Shown here: piece by piece, positions 49,721 through 64,000 of the stretch | Layout: every line of letters starts with the position of its first letter | Numbering within the stretch: the stretch's first letter is position 1 | Assembly (NCBI RefSeq): GCF_009914755.1 | Contig: NC_060945.1 | Reading direction: 5' to 3' (one strand) | Origin: the human T2T-CHM13v2.0 reference genome, Homo sapiens | Length of the DNA stretch: 64,000 nt | Translations under genes and position numbers: made by a program | Notes under the pieces: model-generated | Told to the model about the DNA's origin: nothing | The model's database searches: none | Seen by the model: only the letters and a program-made list of their open reading frames with translations

Positions 49721-52700
49721 CAGTTTTAGTTCTACCTCTTCAGAGCAACCACAAATTATTTGAGAGAGTTGTCCTGTCTTCTTTATCAATACAAAGTATG
49801 CAATCTACAGGTAAAGTCCATTTAAGGAAGTTTAAATTACTCCTCTCGGCCTCTTAAGTTGTTCAGAGACAATCTCGGCACCATGAAATATGTTTTCTAC
49901 TTAGTCTCATAGTATCCTCTTGATTTAATACTATGGAGATAGGTTGAATATCTCAAAAACATGACTTAAGAAGACACCAAGGGTCACCGGCCAATGTTCC
50001 TCCTACAGAAACAAAGAATTCAATCTTATAGATAACTCAAGAGAATAGAATCTCCTCATGATCATTCCCTCCCACTTTTCATTCTGTTCTTCTTTGCTGC
50101 TTTTAAACTCCTTTCCATTTCCCCTTTGCTTCTTTATATCTCTCTGCTCAAATACATACCAGAAACATTGGGACCAAGTCAGAGGTTTGAAGACTGAATA
50201 TTCTTTTCCCTTTGCTCACCACAGGGACTCCACCTATTCATCCTAACCAAAATATATGAACAAGCTGCAACTCACTGCCTACTTTCTATTAGTTCCATTC
50301 TCATTTGTTTTAAGGCCTCGGAATATTGCATATGGATAATAACATAAAAAGTAATAAGTCCTCTCACAATTCCTTGTGAAATAAAAATCTAGCAATGGGG
50401 GTGGGGAGGATTGACAGTCTAATCATCTATTATAATAGCAGTATTTTGTTTTTTGTTTTAAACAAACTGCAGTTTGGAATAGCAATCTGTTTTGTTTATC
50501 ATGTCAAGTTCTTATGAAAGTATTTCAGTTGGATTTCATCCAAAATCTATAACACACCATGTAATACATAATTTTGCTGTCATATGGTTGCAAATTTTGA
50601 CACTTATTTTGCCAGAAAATACAGGTATGAATATGAAAGAGGCCCCCTCAGAGATTTATTGCTTAGTATCCCAGTAGTTCCTCAGTCTTTCTTTGTCGAA
50701 GCTCAACCAGCCAGTATTTTACCAAGCAGATTTTGTTGCCCTTTGTTTCTGTTTAGATTTCCTTAAAAATTACCCTTCAAAAAATCCATAGGCTAATTTT
50801 TTTTATTTTTATTGCTAATTGTTCCTAATTCTTCAACATTAAATGGTATAAACTGTCTTGGATATTCATAGCTAAAATAAATGCAGACAATTTTACAATT
50901 TCCTTGAATGGTCATGGTTGTACAATGAAACTTTTTGTTACTCTTTCAATTGCACATAAAAATTACTCTTTTTCTCTTTGTCTATCTACCTCAAAATTCT
51001 TTGTTTCAAGTATACAAATGAGTCATTAGTGAAAGCAAAATGGGTACTTTTTATCTAAGGAAGGTTAAAACTTAACTTACTTTAAAATTCAGCATTTTCT
51101 GGGTTAAATTAGAACACTACTTCAATATCTGCAATTCAAATAAGTCCTCTGAGAAATTGGCCTCCATAACCAGTGACGTGCTGCTGAACTGAACAGATCT
51201 CCAAAATATCCTAACAGATTTCTTTCTTTCATTGTAGAATTGTTTCCATCTGGTGCTTAGATATTAAACCTGGAATATGTAAAGGCTCTCCTCTCTCACC
51301 CTGTTTGACTTCCAAATGCTGGCAAATAATTTGCATTGTCAATGAATTGAGGATTAAAATTTTGAACTTAACTGAGTAGCTGCAAGATGCAAAATTTAAA
51401 GTGATAGATCTTCAAAGTAGTGAATTTTTCTCTTTTAATTTTGAGAAATGGAGACTTGAAATGTTACTTGTTTGTAGAACATTCTAATTTGAACTTTATT
51501 TGCTTAAAAAGAATAAAAATTTTCTCAATTTTTATCCCAAGTTCAGGATATCAAAACATGAATTTATGAACAGTATTATAGGCCAAATTTTTGAGTACTT
51601 AAATCAGAATATTAGCATCTAAAAATACTTGCATGCATATATTTCAAGAGATAAGCAGATAGCTATTTAGACGTATACATGTTGAAGTTTCCAAGACCCT
51701 CGGTCACTGACAGTGATTTCTTCATGAAAATTTTAAGGAGGCTTCACAGTAATAGAAAATAATGTCTGACTTTTACGATTGGCAACATTTTTCATGGCAT
51801 TTTAACTGGAAAGCACAGAGTTACTTCTGAGAAACATAATTGCTTCCAGAAATGTTTAACCCACTAGGAGAATGTTTACATGAAGTGAGCAATAGTCACA
51901 AGAAGTGAATAAACCAATTCTATGCACACAGCAGTGTAAAAAGCCTGGAAGCAGGCATACAGGGATCTGTAAGAGAACCAATGCAGGACATGATCATTCT
52001 GTTCAATTGTTTTCTTATTGTCAGTAGTCTGGCAACTTCCACCCATTCCCCTTTAACCCAGCAGTTGATAGCACATGGCTTCCAGAGCAAATAGTCAACC
52101 AGTTCTCTTTTCCAAATCTTCACATTTAAGTCTGTCTTCCCCCTGACCATGCCTTTCTTTCTGACATTCCATTATACTTTCTTCACATTGTGTCTCATTT
52201 AATTGCTTCCTTTAATCTCTTTTTCTTAAATTTGATCTGCCTTGATCTGGAATATTTTCTGATGCACTGAAGTAAAACTGGTCATTCTCCATTTCATAGC
52301 TAGTTAAAAAGATAACTTTGAGTTCCTACACACACTTGGAACTGCTCACCATCTCTGCCAGTGTGCTCACATTTACTTAAAAAAAAAAAAGTCTAAGAAG
52401 ACTTACGGCAAAGCATTACCTTGAGAAGGACAGTTAAGAATGTTTTGCTGATAGGCATATAATCACTTGACTGATTTTCACAAACATTTGTGGGAATCTG
52501 TTAAAGTATCTTAGTCCAGTTCGGTCTCAGCAGGACCCAACATCTTGACCCAAAGGCCTCCAAACAAAAAGATTCATTAAAGTGGTGAAAATTTTCCATA
52601 AAACTTTAAGACATCAAAGAACTAATTTCTGTAGTTCCCTGCCATGCAAAATATTACAGTATAAGTTTAGAGCTAATATTGGAACTAGAATAATCTAGAA

Positions 52701-52890
52701 CAGATAGATATTCTCAAAATATTGTACATACTTTAAACTAAAATCTAAAAAAGATCCAAAAACACCCGTTGCAGTTTGCAACATGAGTCTTACAGAAAAT
52801 TACAATGTGTACTTCTAGCTAAAAGGAGCAAACAAACAAAAATCAACGCTAAGTGAATGATGTAACTGTTTTGTATCTTTTCATCCACTC

Positions 52891-53030
52891 AAAAAGAAGA
52901 AAGAAAGAAGAAAGAGAGAGAGAGAGGAAGGAAGGGAGGAAGGAAGGAAGGAAGGAAGGAAGGAAGGAAGGAAAGAAGGAAGGAAGGAAGGAAGCGAAGG
53001 AAAAGAAGGAAAGGAAGGAAAGGAAGGAAG
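52891..53030 (+). repeat. Polypurine (GGAA)n/(GA)n microsatellite
   Basis: Nine consecutive GGAA at 52938-52973 within ~140 bp of almost pure purines. Confidence 0.95.
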
Positions 53031-55025
53031 ATTTTATTTCCTCCGATTAAAAGTTGCATTTTCTTTTCTGTCTCCTTTTTTCCTTCCTCTCCCCCATCTG
53101 CCCACTGTTCCCTCTTTCCTTTTCTCCATTTGTATGACAGTGGCACTGATTCAAAGAAGGGGTGGAGTCCGAAATTTTGGGTGGTCTTAGTAAAGCTTTA
53201 GTCTTTGGCTAACCTCTCCTTAAATTGGTCAGAAGCCAAAAATTTCCAGTATTAGGGAGAGTCACTTTGAAAAGTTGTATATGCATGTCTGTGTGCATGT
53301 CAATATATTTGCTCTGGCTTAACAAGAAAAACTGAACAACATATCCCTGTGTAAGCTGTGGTTCTTATTTGGTTTCAGTGTTCATTTATTTCAGTTTATT
53401 GTTTGACATCTCCCACTAGCTAAGCCAGGAAACTCATGGCAGATCTTCAAAAAATAACTCCACTCCCACATTTCTTTTTTTCTTTGTTCTGATTCTTTAC
53501 TCTCTCTTACCCTCAAAAAGTTTAATGAAACAAGTGTTCAGGGAAAGATAGTATTTGCTTATTGTATCTTATTATAGTTTTAAGAACCAAACATAAAGTC
53601 TCCCTTACAGCTTCTCTGTTTTATTATAAAATTATACTTGATTCAGATTTGTTTTGAAAGACCAGTTTACTTTTTTTAATTAAAAAGAGGAATACAATGT
53701 CCTTTCCATAAGTAGACTCACAAAGAAGGTAGGAGTCATTTTCTTCCATTAATGTCACAACAAAACAGTCTTACATACTCTGAATTGGAGTGAAAATTAG
53801 AGAAATAAATCACCTGCATGATGAGCATACATTATCATGGAATTTTTAAAGGCCTCATCTTTTGGGTACCTGGCAATAACTAAGCAAAAATAACCAACAG
53901 GGTAAAAAAATGCCACCATCATTTCAATGAAAATAACCAAACTGCTCCCAGAAAACAAAGTAGCAAATCCATTTAGGCTCACTGGTGCATGTCTGGAACT
54001 TTCCAAATGAAACCTTGCATCAAAGAAAAGTTTAAACACTTTTCTTCAAGATCAGTCAAAACTAAACTAAAATTGCAGGCTTAAAGAGTTACAAATTTCC
54101 ACTCTTAAAAGCAATCTTATTTTGTTTGATTGCAGTTGGGTCCAAAGCAAGAAATGAAATATTTAAAATGGAGGATTTGTAATATATTACTGGTATCCTT
54201 TCTTAAGTGGCTATCCCTCCAAAGAATGCCAAAACTTTGTAGACTTGATTGGATTGGTACTGGAAATGGTAAACAACACTGCAAAATAATGAAGAGAACA
54301 TTTTATCCAAGTTAGCACAAATGAATAAGCTTTATTTTTAAATGAAAAATTCCAAAGATACTGATTCACAAAAAGAGGGAGCATTTCAAGTTCACATTAG
54401 AAAAGTCATTGGTAGGAACCAACAATACAGTATTTAGTGTAGCTGTTCTGGAACAAAATGGAGCTAAATTGATTAAGCAGGGATATGAGCTACAAAATGA
54501 ATATCAGATATAACAGACTAATGCTTTAAAGAACTACAAGCTGCTGATTCTCAATAGCCTTATGAGTTTTTAATTCTTACATTATAGAATTCTATAAACC
54601 AAATCACCTTCAAAATGATAATAAATTGAAAATCTTCAAAATAATCAATCTTCTTTGAATGTGCTTCTATTCAAAAAGAATGTGAGAATTGAGTTTTTCC
54701 AAAAAGTGACAAACCTAATTTCAGTGATGATGACTTTTTTTATTTCCAACTGGAGAAAGAGGCAAAGATCTAGTTGCTATTTAAGTTTGACAAAGTCTAC
54801 ATTTTGAGGAAATCTTATTATCCTTAGAATATTTAGAATAATGCTAGTAGTTAAGAGTGAACAATACTGTCTCTGTTTCTATATAGCAGAATGAGCACAT
54901 GCATCTAATTGCAATATTATCTGACAGTCTACTTAAACTACAGTAAAGTATTTTTTAAAAGATTTAAACCCACAAAGACACAAAGAATAAGAATAAAGAT
55001 AACACTGCATTGTGAGAGTTGAATG

Positions 55026-55070
55026 ACACACACAGACACACACACACACACAGAGAGAGAAAGAGAGAGA
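55026..55070 (+). repeat. (CA)n(GA)n compound microsatellite
   Basis: Directly visible. Confidence 0.9.
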
Positions 55071-55380
55071 TTGACTAACGGCTATTTCCTCCCACTAGTA
55101 GTTATGGGAAACTTAGGGTAAAATCTAATTTATGTCAGAGAATACTCAAAAGGCATAGGAACTAACAGCAACAGGTGACTTTATAATGAGGGTTTATGGG
55201 AGACAGGAGATAAAATAAAGAGGCCCAGAGAAAAGCTTTTTGAGAAACAAGCAGATCTCAGGATCCTCTACTTGATTCCATGTTGCTGAGCAAGTGCCCT
55301 ACCAGCACACGTGTAGAATGCTGGAAGCTTATTTTCTAGAAATGATTAAAAAAATAAATAAATAAATAAATAAAAGAGGA

Positions 55381-55812
55381 TACTTTCATTTCCTGTGGTT
55401 GTAGTAAAAGAAGTCACCACAAATGGGGGTTTCAAACTTCAAAAATGTATTCTCTCTCAGTTCTAGAGGTCAGAACTCTAAAATCAGTTTCACTGAATCA
55501 AATGCAAGGTGTTGGCAGGACCTCATTTCCTCCATGAGAGAGTCCCTCCCTGACTTCTTCTAGCTTTCTCAAATGGCTGTGGCTCTCCAAACTCTGCCTG
55601 TATAGTCACACCGTCTCCTTTCCTGTGCATGTCAAATCTCCCTCTGCCTCTCTTTCACAAGGGTACAAGAGATCTCACCCAAATAATGCAATACAGTCCT
55701 ACCATGTCAAGATTCTTAGTTAGATCTGCAAAGACCCTTATTTCTTATAAGGTAATATTTTCAGGTTCCAGGGATTAGGACTTGATGTGTTTTGGTGGCC
55801 ATTAAAAATAGT
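55381..55812 (-). mobile_element. MLT1/MST-type MaLR LTR
   Basis: tattctctctcagttctagaggtcagaactctaaaatcag...aaggtaatattttcaggttccagggattaggacttg. Confidence 0.7.
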
Positions 55813-58164
55813 GCCCTTGCTCTAATACAAAGAATATGTAATTTGCGAATGCCAGGCACCGTTGAGGGCATAGGTACCATAAATGACTATATGAAAAGAA
55901 ACACACCAACTTCTTCCTCACTTAGCTTCCATAATGCCAAAAAAAGTGGACTCTTACCTTCCCTTAAATAGATCTAAAAGCTCTACTGTAAGGAACTTGA
56001 TTAGTCCAAAAAGAAAGTTCTAAAGTTAGTGCCCCCAAAATGCCCCCACCACCAGATTATTCTGCAGTGAAGCTCAAAGTCAACAAATCAGATCCACATG
56101 ATCACAGTCTCCATTCAGTCTTTTATTCTTCCACTCTTAATCACAGGCATACAGAGATTGCCAGATATCTGAGAGAAGCTTCAAACATGGAAGATAGACT
56201 CTAAAATAAACAAACAAAAAGCAAATACCTCTTTGGGGGTAGCAGGCTATTCAAGGAAAGAAGCTTACTTTTTATAGTAGTGATAGCCTCTGAACAATAA
56301 AAACAGATGGAAACATTTAGAGACCTGAAAGAACAATAAAAAAATTTAAGAATTGAAAGACTTAAACTAAAATTATCTACCCATTCAGTCCATCAACATA
56401 TAAATAGAGAAAATAAGCCATTTTCAGATTTGCAAAATACCAAATTTTGATTTTCACGTAACCTTCCTCAAAAAGTTATTGAGGATGTTTACTCTGAACC
56501 AAAATGGAGTAATAGAAACTAGATTTAATCTCTTCCTTAATACAAACAAAAAAAGACAAAAATAATGAGAAAGCCATTTGAAAGACACAACATCAGGCAA
56601 CAAAGGTAAATCCTAATATTACCCCAGTTTACCACCTTGAGAGTTTACAGATCCAAAATGAGTGATGAAAAACTCAGATGGAGCCCAGAGGCTCCCTGAG
56701 TTGAGGACACAGAGATGAGACTCCAGAGAGATGAAGAACGAAGTTAGAGTTTCTAGGAAAGAGTACCAGAGAGGAGAGAGCTCACAGGACGAAACCCAGA
56801 GAACTGCAGAATGTGCCCCACAAGTAGCGATCAGTGCTATAAGTGAGAAGACTACCCAAAGTAGGGGGGAAAACACCCAAAAGGGCAGTGTTAACAGCAT
56901 CTGCTTCTCACACAGGGATGGTAAGAGGACCTCATCTCACCCAGCAATCTGGGAAACCTCTTTGTTTACAGGCATTGGATAGGATACACAGAAGGATCTC
57001 ATCTCTGGAGTACTTTTCCAGCCCTCTTAACACATCCAAGAAGCAAAAACTCAAAGGATCAATCTGCTTTCAAGTAACTTGACTGCATGCCCAAAAAAAC
57101 TCAAGAATATTTATAGGAAACAAAAGTGCACCGGACCCAAAAAAGGAAAATGCATAATATCCATCAACCAATCAAAAATTGCCAGTCAGACAAAAAGCAG
57201 GAAAATGTGATTCATTGTAAAGCAATAGAGCAATCAATATTAAACTGACCCAGAACTGAAAAAGATGTTAGAATTAGCAGACACATACATTTAAAATGTT
57301 ATTGTTACTATATTCCATATGTCCAGAAAATTGAGTAGACACATGGAAGATATCTTTTTTAACTCAAATCAAACATCTAAAGATGAAGATACTGGAGAAA
57401 AAATGAACTTGAAGATATAATAATAGAAACTATCCAAATATGAAACATAGAGAAAAAAAGAAAATGAATTTTTAAAAAACCATTGGTAGCTGTGAGACAA
57501 CTTCAAGCAGCCGAACATATGTGTATTTAGAGTCTTCCATGGAAAAGAGAAAGAGGAGGAAAAAGAACAAATATTTTAATAAATAACCTCAAAAACTATC
57601 CAAATTTGATGAAAACTATAAATCCACAGTCTAAAAAGTTCAATGAACCCTGAACACAAAAAATGTGAGGAAAACTGCATAAGAATACATCATAATAAAA
57701 TTGCTAAAAGCCGGTGATAAACAGAAAGTCTTAAAAGCAGCCAAAGTAAAAGCAAACACTATGTTCAGATGAAGAGACATCAAGATAAGAGCATATTTTT
57801 TGTTGGAAACAATGCAAGTGAAAAGACAGGAGAGTAATATATTTAAAGTACTAAAGGAAGAGAAAACTGTCAACTTAAAAATCTATACCTGAGAGATAAT
57901 ATCTTTGAAAATATCAATGAAAATAAAAGATTATTTTCGAAGTCAAAATAAAGATTATTTTCAGACATACAAAAGCCACAGGAATTTATCTCAAACATAC
58001 CAACAAATAATTAAGTTGAACAAATTCCTAATATTTGAAAACAAAAAAAATCACTTTCTAAATAATTCATAGGCCTAAAAAAATTAAAAGAACAAATTCG
58101 AGTGTATTTTAAACAGAATAAAAATGAAAGTGTGTTTTAAAAAGAATAAAAATAGAAGTGCAAT

Positions 58165-58611
58165 TGTTATGGGTTAAATTGTGCCCTCACCCCAAATTAT
58201 GTTCTTACCCTTAGTACACCAAAATGTGACTTTATTTGAAAATAGGATCATTACAGGTATAATCACTTAAGTTAAGATAAGGTCATACTGGATAGGGAAG
58301 GCTCTTAACCCAGTTTGGTTGGTGCCTTTGCAAGAAAAGGAGAAAAGACACACACAGAGAGAATACCAACTGATGACAGAGACAGAAATTAGAATGATAA
58401 ACCACCAAGCTAAGGAATACCAAGGATTGTTACCACCACCAGAAACTAAGAAAGGACAAGGAAAGATTCTGCCCAGTGACTGCAGGAGAACATTTTGGTG
58501 ACATTTCGACTCTGGACTTCTAGCCTCCAGAACTGTGAGAGAATAAATTACTGTTGTGTTAAGTGATGCAGCATGTGGTACTTTGTTACAGAAACCCTAG
58601 AAACTAATATA
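58165..58611 (+). mobile_element. MLT1 (B/C-like) solo LTR
   Basis: tgttatgggttaaattgtgccc...ggacttctagcctccagaactgtgagagaataaatt...gaaactaatata. Confidence 0.85.
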
Positions 58612-58817
58612 ACATATCAAAATGTATGGGATGCCCTTAAAATAGTACTTAACATTTAATTTAACCTACTTAATATTTATACTTGAAAATAAAAGTGATC
58701 TTGTCAATGACATTAGCTTCCAAAGCAGGAAGAGGAGAAGGAAAAAAATAAGTATCTGTGCAGAAATCAATTATCTAGAAATCACGAAACAAGTCAATGA
58801 AACCCAAAACCCAAAAC

Positions 58818-60210
58818 TCAAAACAGCATGGTACTGGTACCAAAACAGATATATAGACCAATGGAACAGAACAGAGGCCCCAGAAATAACACCACACATC
58901 TACAACCATCTGATGTTTGACAAACCTGATAAATACAAGCAATGGGGAAAGGATTCCCTATTTAATAAATGGTGATGGGAAAACTGGCTAGCCATATGCA
59001 GAAAACTGAAACTGGATCCCTTCCTTAAACCTTACACAAAAATTAACTCAAGATGGATTAAAGACTTAAATGTAAGACGTAAAACCATAAAAACCTTAGA
59101 ACAAAACCTAGGCAATACCATTCAAGACATAGGCATGGGCAAGGACTTCATGTCTAAAACACCAAAAGCAATGGCAACAAAAACCAAAATAGACAAATGG
59201 GATCTAATTAAACTGAAGAGCTTCTGCACAGCAAAAGAAACTATCATCAGAGTGAACAGGCAACCTAGAGATTGGGAGAAAACTTTTGCAATCTATCCAC
59301 CTAACAAAGGCTAATATCCAGAATCTACAAAGAACTTAAACAAATTTACAAGAAAAAAACAAACAACTCCATCAAAAAATGGGTGAAGGATATGAGCAGA
59401 CACCTCTCAATTGAAGACATTTATGCAGCCAACAAACTTACGAAAAAATGCTCATCATCACTGGTCATTAGAGAAATGCAAATCAAAACCACAATGAGAT
59501 ACCGTCTCACACCAGTTAGAATGGCAATCATTAAAAAGTCAGGAAACAACAGATACTGGAGAGGATGTGGAGAAATAGGAATGCTTTTACACTGTTGGTA
59601 GGAGTGTAAATTAGTTCAACCATTGTGGAAGACAGTGTGGTGATTCCTCAAGGACCTAGAATAAGAAATACCATTTGACCCAGCAATCCCATTACTGGGT
59701 ATATACCCAAAGGATTATAAATCATTCTACTGCAAGGACAGATGCACACGTATGATTATTGCAGCACTGTTCACAATAGCAAAGTCTTGGAACCAACCCA
59801 AATGCCCATCAATGATAGACTGGATTAAGAAAATGTGGCACATATACATCATGGAATACTATGCAGTCATAAAAAAGGATGAGTTCATGTCCTTTGCAGG
59901 GACATGGATGAAACTGGAAACCATCATTCTCAGCAAAGTAACACAGGAACAGAAAACCAAACACCGCATGTTCTCACTCATAAGTGACAGCTGAACAATG
60001 AGAACACATGGACACAGGGAGGGGAGCATCACACGCTGGGGCCTGTCAGAGGGTGGGGGGCTGGGGGAGGGATAGCATTAGGAGAAATAGCTAATGTAAA
60101 TGACGAGTTGATGGGTGCAAGAAACCAGCACGGCACATGTATACCTATGTAACAAACCTGCATGTTATGCATATGTACCTCAGAATTTAAAGTATAATTT
60201 AAAAAAGAAG
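58818..60210 (+). mobile_element. 5'-truncated L1PA7-like element
   Basis: ORF2 C-terminus (59383, 59752), 3'UTR G-rich tract and poly(A). No clear TSD. Confidence 0.9.
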
Positions 60211-60983
60211 AGGAAAGAAAATTTACATTCTAGCCAGACTGATCAGAAAAAAAAACAATGAAAGAGAAGACACAAGTTACCAACATAAAAAATGAGAGAG
60301 GTAGCACCACTATAAATTCTATGAATATTTAAAGAATAATAAGAAAACATTGTGAACATATTTGTGGCAACAAATTGACCAATTTAGATGAAATGAAAGA
60401 TTCAATATTATTGAGATGTGTATTCTCCCCAGTTTATAGATTCAACACAATCCCAATCAAAATCCTAGCAAGGCTGTAGAAACTTACAAGCTGATTCTAA
60501 AATTTATATGGAAATGCAAATAATCTAAAATACTCAAAACAACCTTGAATAAAAAGCCAAAATAGGAGAATTGACACTACACATGATATGAAGATTCATG
60601 ATAAAGCCATAGTAATCAAGATGATGCTATTGGCATCACACAAGATAAACATGTAGATCAATGAAACAAAAAGTGCTCAGAAATAAGTTCACACGTGTAT
60701 GGACAATGACTTTCAACAAAGATGCAAAGGCACAATTAATTGGAAAAGGACAGTCTTTTCAAAAAGAGTACTGGAAAAATTTAATTTCCATATGGAATAA
60801 ACAAACTTTGATCCATATCTCACACTGTATAAAAAATTAATTCAAAATAGATTATGCATTTAAATGTAAAATCTATAAGAAGTATAAAAACTTCTAGAAT
60901 ACAGCATAGGAGAAAATTTAGGTGACTGAGTTAAACAAGGTTTTATTACTTACTATACAAAAAGAACAATTTATAAAAGAACA

Positions 60984-61355
60984 TGTGTTAGTCCATTTTC
61001 ATGCTGCTGATAAAGACATACCCAAGACTGGGCAATTTACAAAAGAAAGAGGTTTAATTGGACTCACAGTTCCACATGGCTGGGGAGGCTTCAAAATCAT
61101 GGTGGAAGGCAAGGAGGAGCAAATTATGTCTTATGTGGATGGCGGCAGGCATAGAGAGCGAGCTTGTTCAGGGGAACTCCCATTTTTAAAAAACATCAGA
61201 TCTCAGAGACTCACTCACCATCACAGGAACAGCACAGGAAAGAGCCGCCCCCATGATTCAACCACCTCCCGCCAGTTTCCTCCCATGGCATGTGAGAATT
61301 GTGGAAGTTACAATTCAAGATGAGATCTGGGTGGGGACACAGCCAAACTATATCA
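60984..61355 (-). mobile_element. THE1B-like solo LTR
   Basis: tgtgttagtccattttcatgctgctgataaagac...ggggacacagccaaactatatca. TSD (g/t)aaca. Confidence 0.92.
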
Positions 61356-61422
61356 TAACACATTTATAATTTTTACTTCATCAAAACTTAAAACTTCTGC
61401 ACTTCAAAAGGCTTTTTAAAAA

Positions 61423-61684
61423 TTTTTTGAGACGGGACTGGAGTGCAGTGGCACAATCTCAGCTCACTGCAGCCTCCATCTTCTACAATCCTCCCACCTT
61501 AGCTTCCCAAGTAGCTGGGACTACAGGTGTGTACCACTACATCCAGCCAACTTTTTCTTTTTTTTGGTAAAGATGAGGTCTCACTATATTGCCCAGGCTG
61601 ATCCCCAACTCCTGGACTCAAGCAGTCCTCCACCTCAGCCTTGCAAAGTGCTGGGATTACAAGCATGTGCCACTGTGCCTGGCC
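61423..61684 (-). mobile_element. AluJ with internal deletions
   Basis: AluJ-type ctcactatattgcccaggctg...ctcaagcagtcctccacc. Degenerate TSD beginning aaaag(g/a)ct. Confidence 0.85.
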
Positions 61685-64000
61685 AAAAGACTATTAAAGA
61701 TTAAAAATACTATTAAAATAATTTTAAAAAGCAGCTTAACTAATGAAATAAAATATTTACAAATCATGTATCTGATAGGGGAATTTTACTCAGAATATAT
61801 AAATAACTCTAAATCTCAATAATTAAAAAACATAATCCACTAAAAATATGGGCAAAATATTTTAGTAAACATTTAACTAAAGAAAATATACATGACAAGA
61901 GAATTTTTAAAAATCCTCAATAACATTAGTCACTAAGATAATGCAATTTAAAATCACAATGAGATTACAAATACAAATCTATTAAAATGGCCAAAATTTG
62001 AACCCCTGAACATACCAAGTGTTGGAAAGGATGTGAAGGAATTGAAACTCTTGTTTGCAGCTGGTGAGACTGCAAAATGGTGGGATGACTCTGTAGAGCA
62101 TTTTGGCAGTTTCTTAAATAGTTAAAAATACACCCACCATATGATCCAGCTATTCTACGTCTAGATAGTTACCCAAGAGAAATTTTAAAATATTTTCATA
62201 CAAAGATACATATGAATGTTTACAGCAGCTTTACTTGTAATAGCCAAAATTGAGAAGCAACCAAAATATCTACTATCAGTTAAGTGGATAAACAAACTCT
62301 GGGATATCTAACTTTAAAAATACAAAACAATAAAAAGGAATGTTCTATTGATACATATTACATGAACGAATCTCAAAATATGCTGAGTAAAATCAGCCAG
62401 ATTTTTGTAAAGTACATGCTACATAATTCTAGTCACATAAATTCTAGGCAGTGCAAAGCAAATAGCAACAAAAAGAACAGTAGTTGCCTAGGTGTGGTGT
62501 TAAAATGATTGGGACACAAAATGAGGAAAATTTGAGCACCACAATAATTAATGATAGTAATGTATTATAATACCTTTTTAAATGCATGACTATTTAAAAA
62601 AGAAAAAGTGACCAAAAAATTAAGAAAAGGAGAAAGAAAGCCTCTACTTTGGAAAAGAATGTCAGGTAGCAAATTAAAAATAAATGAGACAATCAGAAAA
62701 ATAACATTTTGCAAACTGCAATATAATGACTGAATCAGGAAAAGTCATCGATGAATGTAAAAAATGATTTATACTTCTACATATTTTATATTTTCACACT
62801 TGAAAAATGACTAACCTTTGTAAATCTAATAAGTTTATATTTGTTGATATTTCTTACCCATGTGTAGGTCTTCTTTGTTTGAACAAACTTAAACTTGCAC
62901 ATTTCTCTTGTAATACAAAGCAGTTCTGATAAAGGTATATTAAGCTACAAACACATGACAGAATTTTCTAGAGAAGACTTTCTTTGATACAAATAATTCT
63001 GGCAACAGTAAGCAGGTTATTTATAACTCCTGTTCTAATCTAGAAAATAACTTAGATCTCTGTTTCAAACACTTTTACATATTGAGATACACATTCACAA
63101 GAGTCAATAAAGAAAAATGCTTTTATACTATGTTTTCTGAGATTTTTGTGCTAATGACAACAATAAGTATAAAATCTTCTTCAATTTCTATATGTTTGCT
63201 GAGATTGAAGCAAAGAAATTGGTTGTTTATCTTCTATTCTTCTTGCTATCTTTGATAGCTGGCATTTCTTTCTACAGAAACAAAAATAAAGTAGAAAAAA
63301 CCCTCAAATGTCATTGACATGTTTTCAGCAGCTAAGTATGAAATTTAAACATTTCACCTCTGGCAATTTCAGTATTATTTTATATCAATTATCTAGGGAA
63401 TTACTTCTTTATTTAGCTCTAGGTATAAAAAGGAGTAAAATTCCTCCAGTGATTGAAGCTACTGACAGAATTCTGCTAGGAATTTTGAACATACATCTCT
63501 TCCTCTCTCCTTTCAGCAGCAAAGTACGTGGGGAAATTATGTCAATTATGAATTTTTCTGTTATACTTAAAATACATCCTAAGTTTTAAAAAAATTAAAG
63601 CTTGATGCCGCTGGAAAGTTTATTAGTTATTATTAAGAGCCTGAAATAAATGAAGAGGCAAGTCCACCAAAAACAAAAATCCAAAACACAGAAAAATAGT
63701 ATAACTCTTAAGAAAACAAAGTAGATTTTAATTATTTTTATTTTTTATTTTTAAAAGGAATCAATTAAGAAGAGAGAAGGATTTAGATTGTTTTTCTTTA
63801 TTTTTCCAATTTTTACTAAGAATATATTTCTCAGTTACTGCTTCCTATGTCTGCCCAACAAAGATAATTGGAAATTTCCTGCCAATTTAATCTAAGGAGA
63901 TTGTGTACTTGTTCAATGTACACCACTCTGTTTCCACACCAAATGGTCTCACATCAATTGGGCATATTGCATTTCAGTTACAACACTAAGTTATCATCAG

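Larger units (their letters stand above)
56475..62510 (+). mobile_element. Ancient L1M (MC/MD-like) fragments hosting MLT1, L1PA7, THE1 and AluJ insertions
   Basis: Degenerate ORF1 (57400-57980), ORF2 (60230-60980) and 3' region (61900-62500) similarity. Confidence 0.65.

Noticed and set aside
52853-53146. ORFs over the GGAA tract (RKEG repeats and LPSF repeats)
   Set aside because: Translation artefacts of a microsatellite.
49290-54850. Host coding exons in repeat-poor segments (also 24130-27440 and 62500-64000)
   Set aside because: Only short low-complexity ORFs with no recognisable protein similarity or convincing paired splice sites. Small or non-coding exons cannot be excluded without alignment.

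Overview
Primate (human-like) AT-rich genomic DNA, roughly three-quarters interspersed repeats. I found no host protein-coding exon, RNA gene or CRISPR array. The ORF track is explained by decayed LINE-1 ORF1/ORF2, ERV gag-pol and Alu/LTR chance ORFs. The window is a layered cluster of L1s of different ages (L1M, L1PB, L1PA7 to L1PA2/3), Alus, THE1/MLT/LTR16/LTR47 solo LTRs, two ERV1 remnants and a MER8-type DNA element. I do not see a new biological system in the sense of a novel gene set. The unusual signals are mechanistic. (1) Two neighbouring L1s of different subfamily share several ~100-bp identical patches with non-consensus variants, suggesting mosaic non-allelic gene conversion. (2) A full-length spliced L1 (SpIRE 97/622 junction) appears to carry its source element's target-site sequence at both ends. 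(3) There is a ~30-bp L1 micro-insertion with a TSD. (4) A twin-primed L1 has a ~3-kb gap at the inversion. (5) An ERV internal segment with an inverted gag piece sits between complementary halves of what looks like one LTR. (6) A ~100-bp locally templated insertion lies inside an old L1. Subfamily names come from recalled consensus diagnostics and need RepeatMasker/Dfam confirmation.
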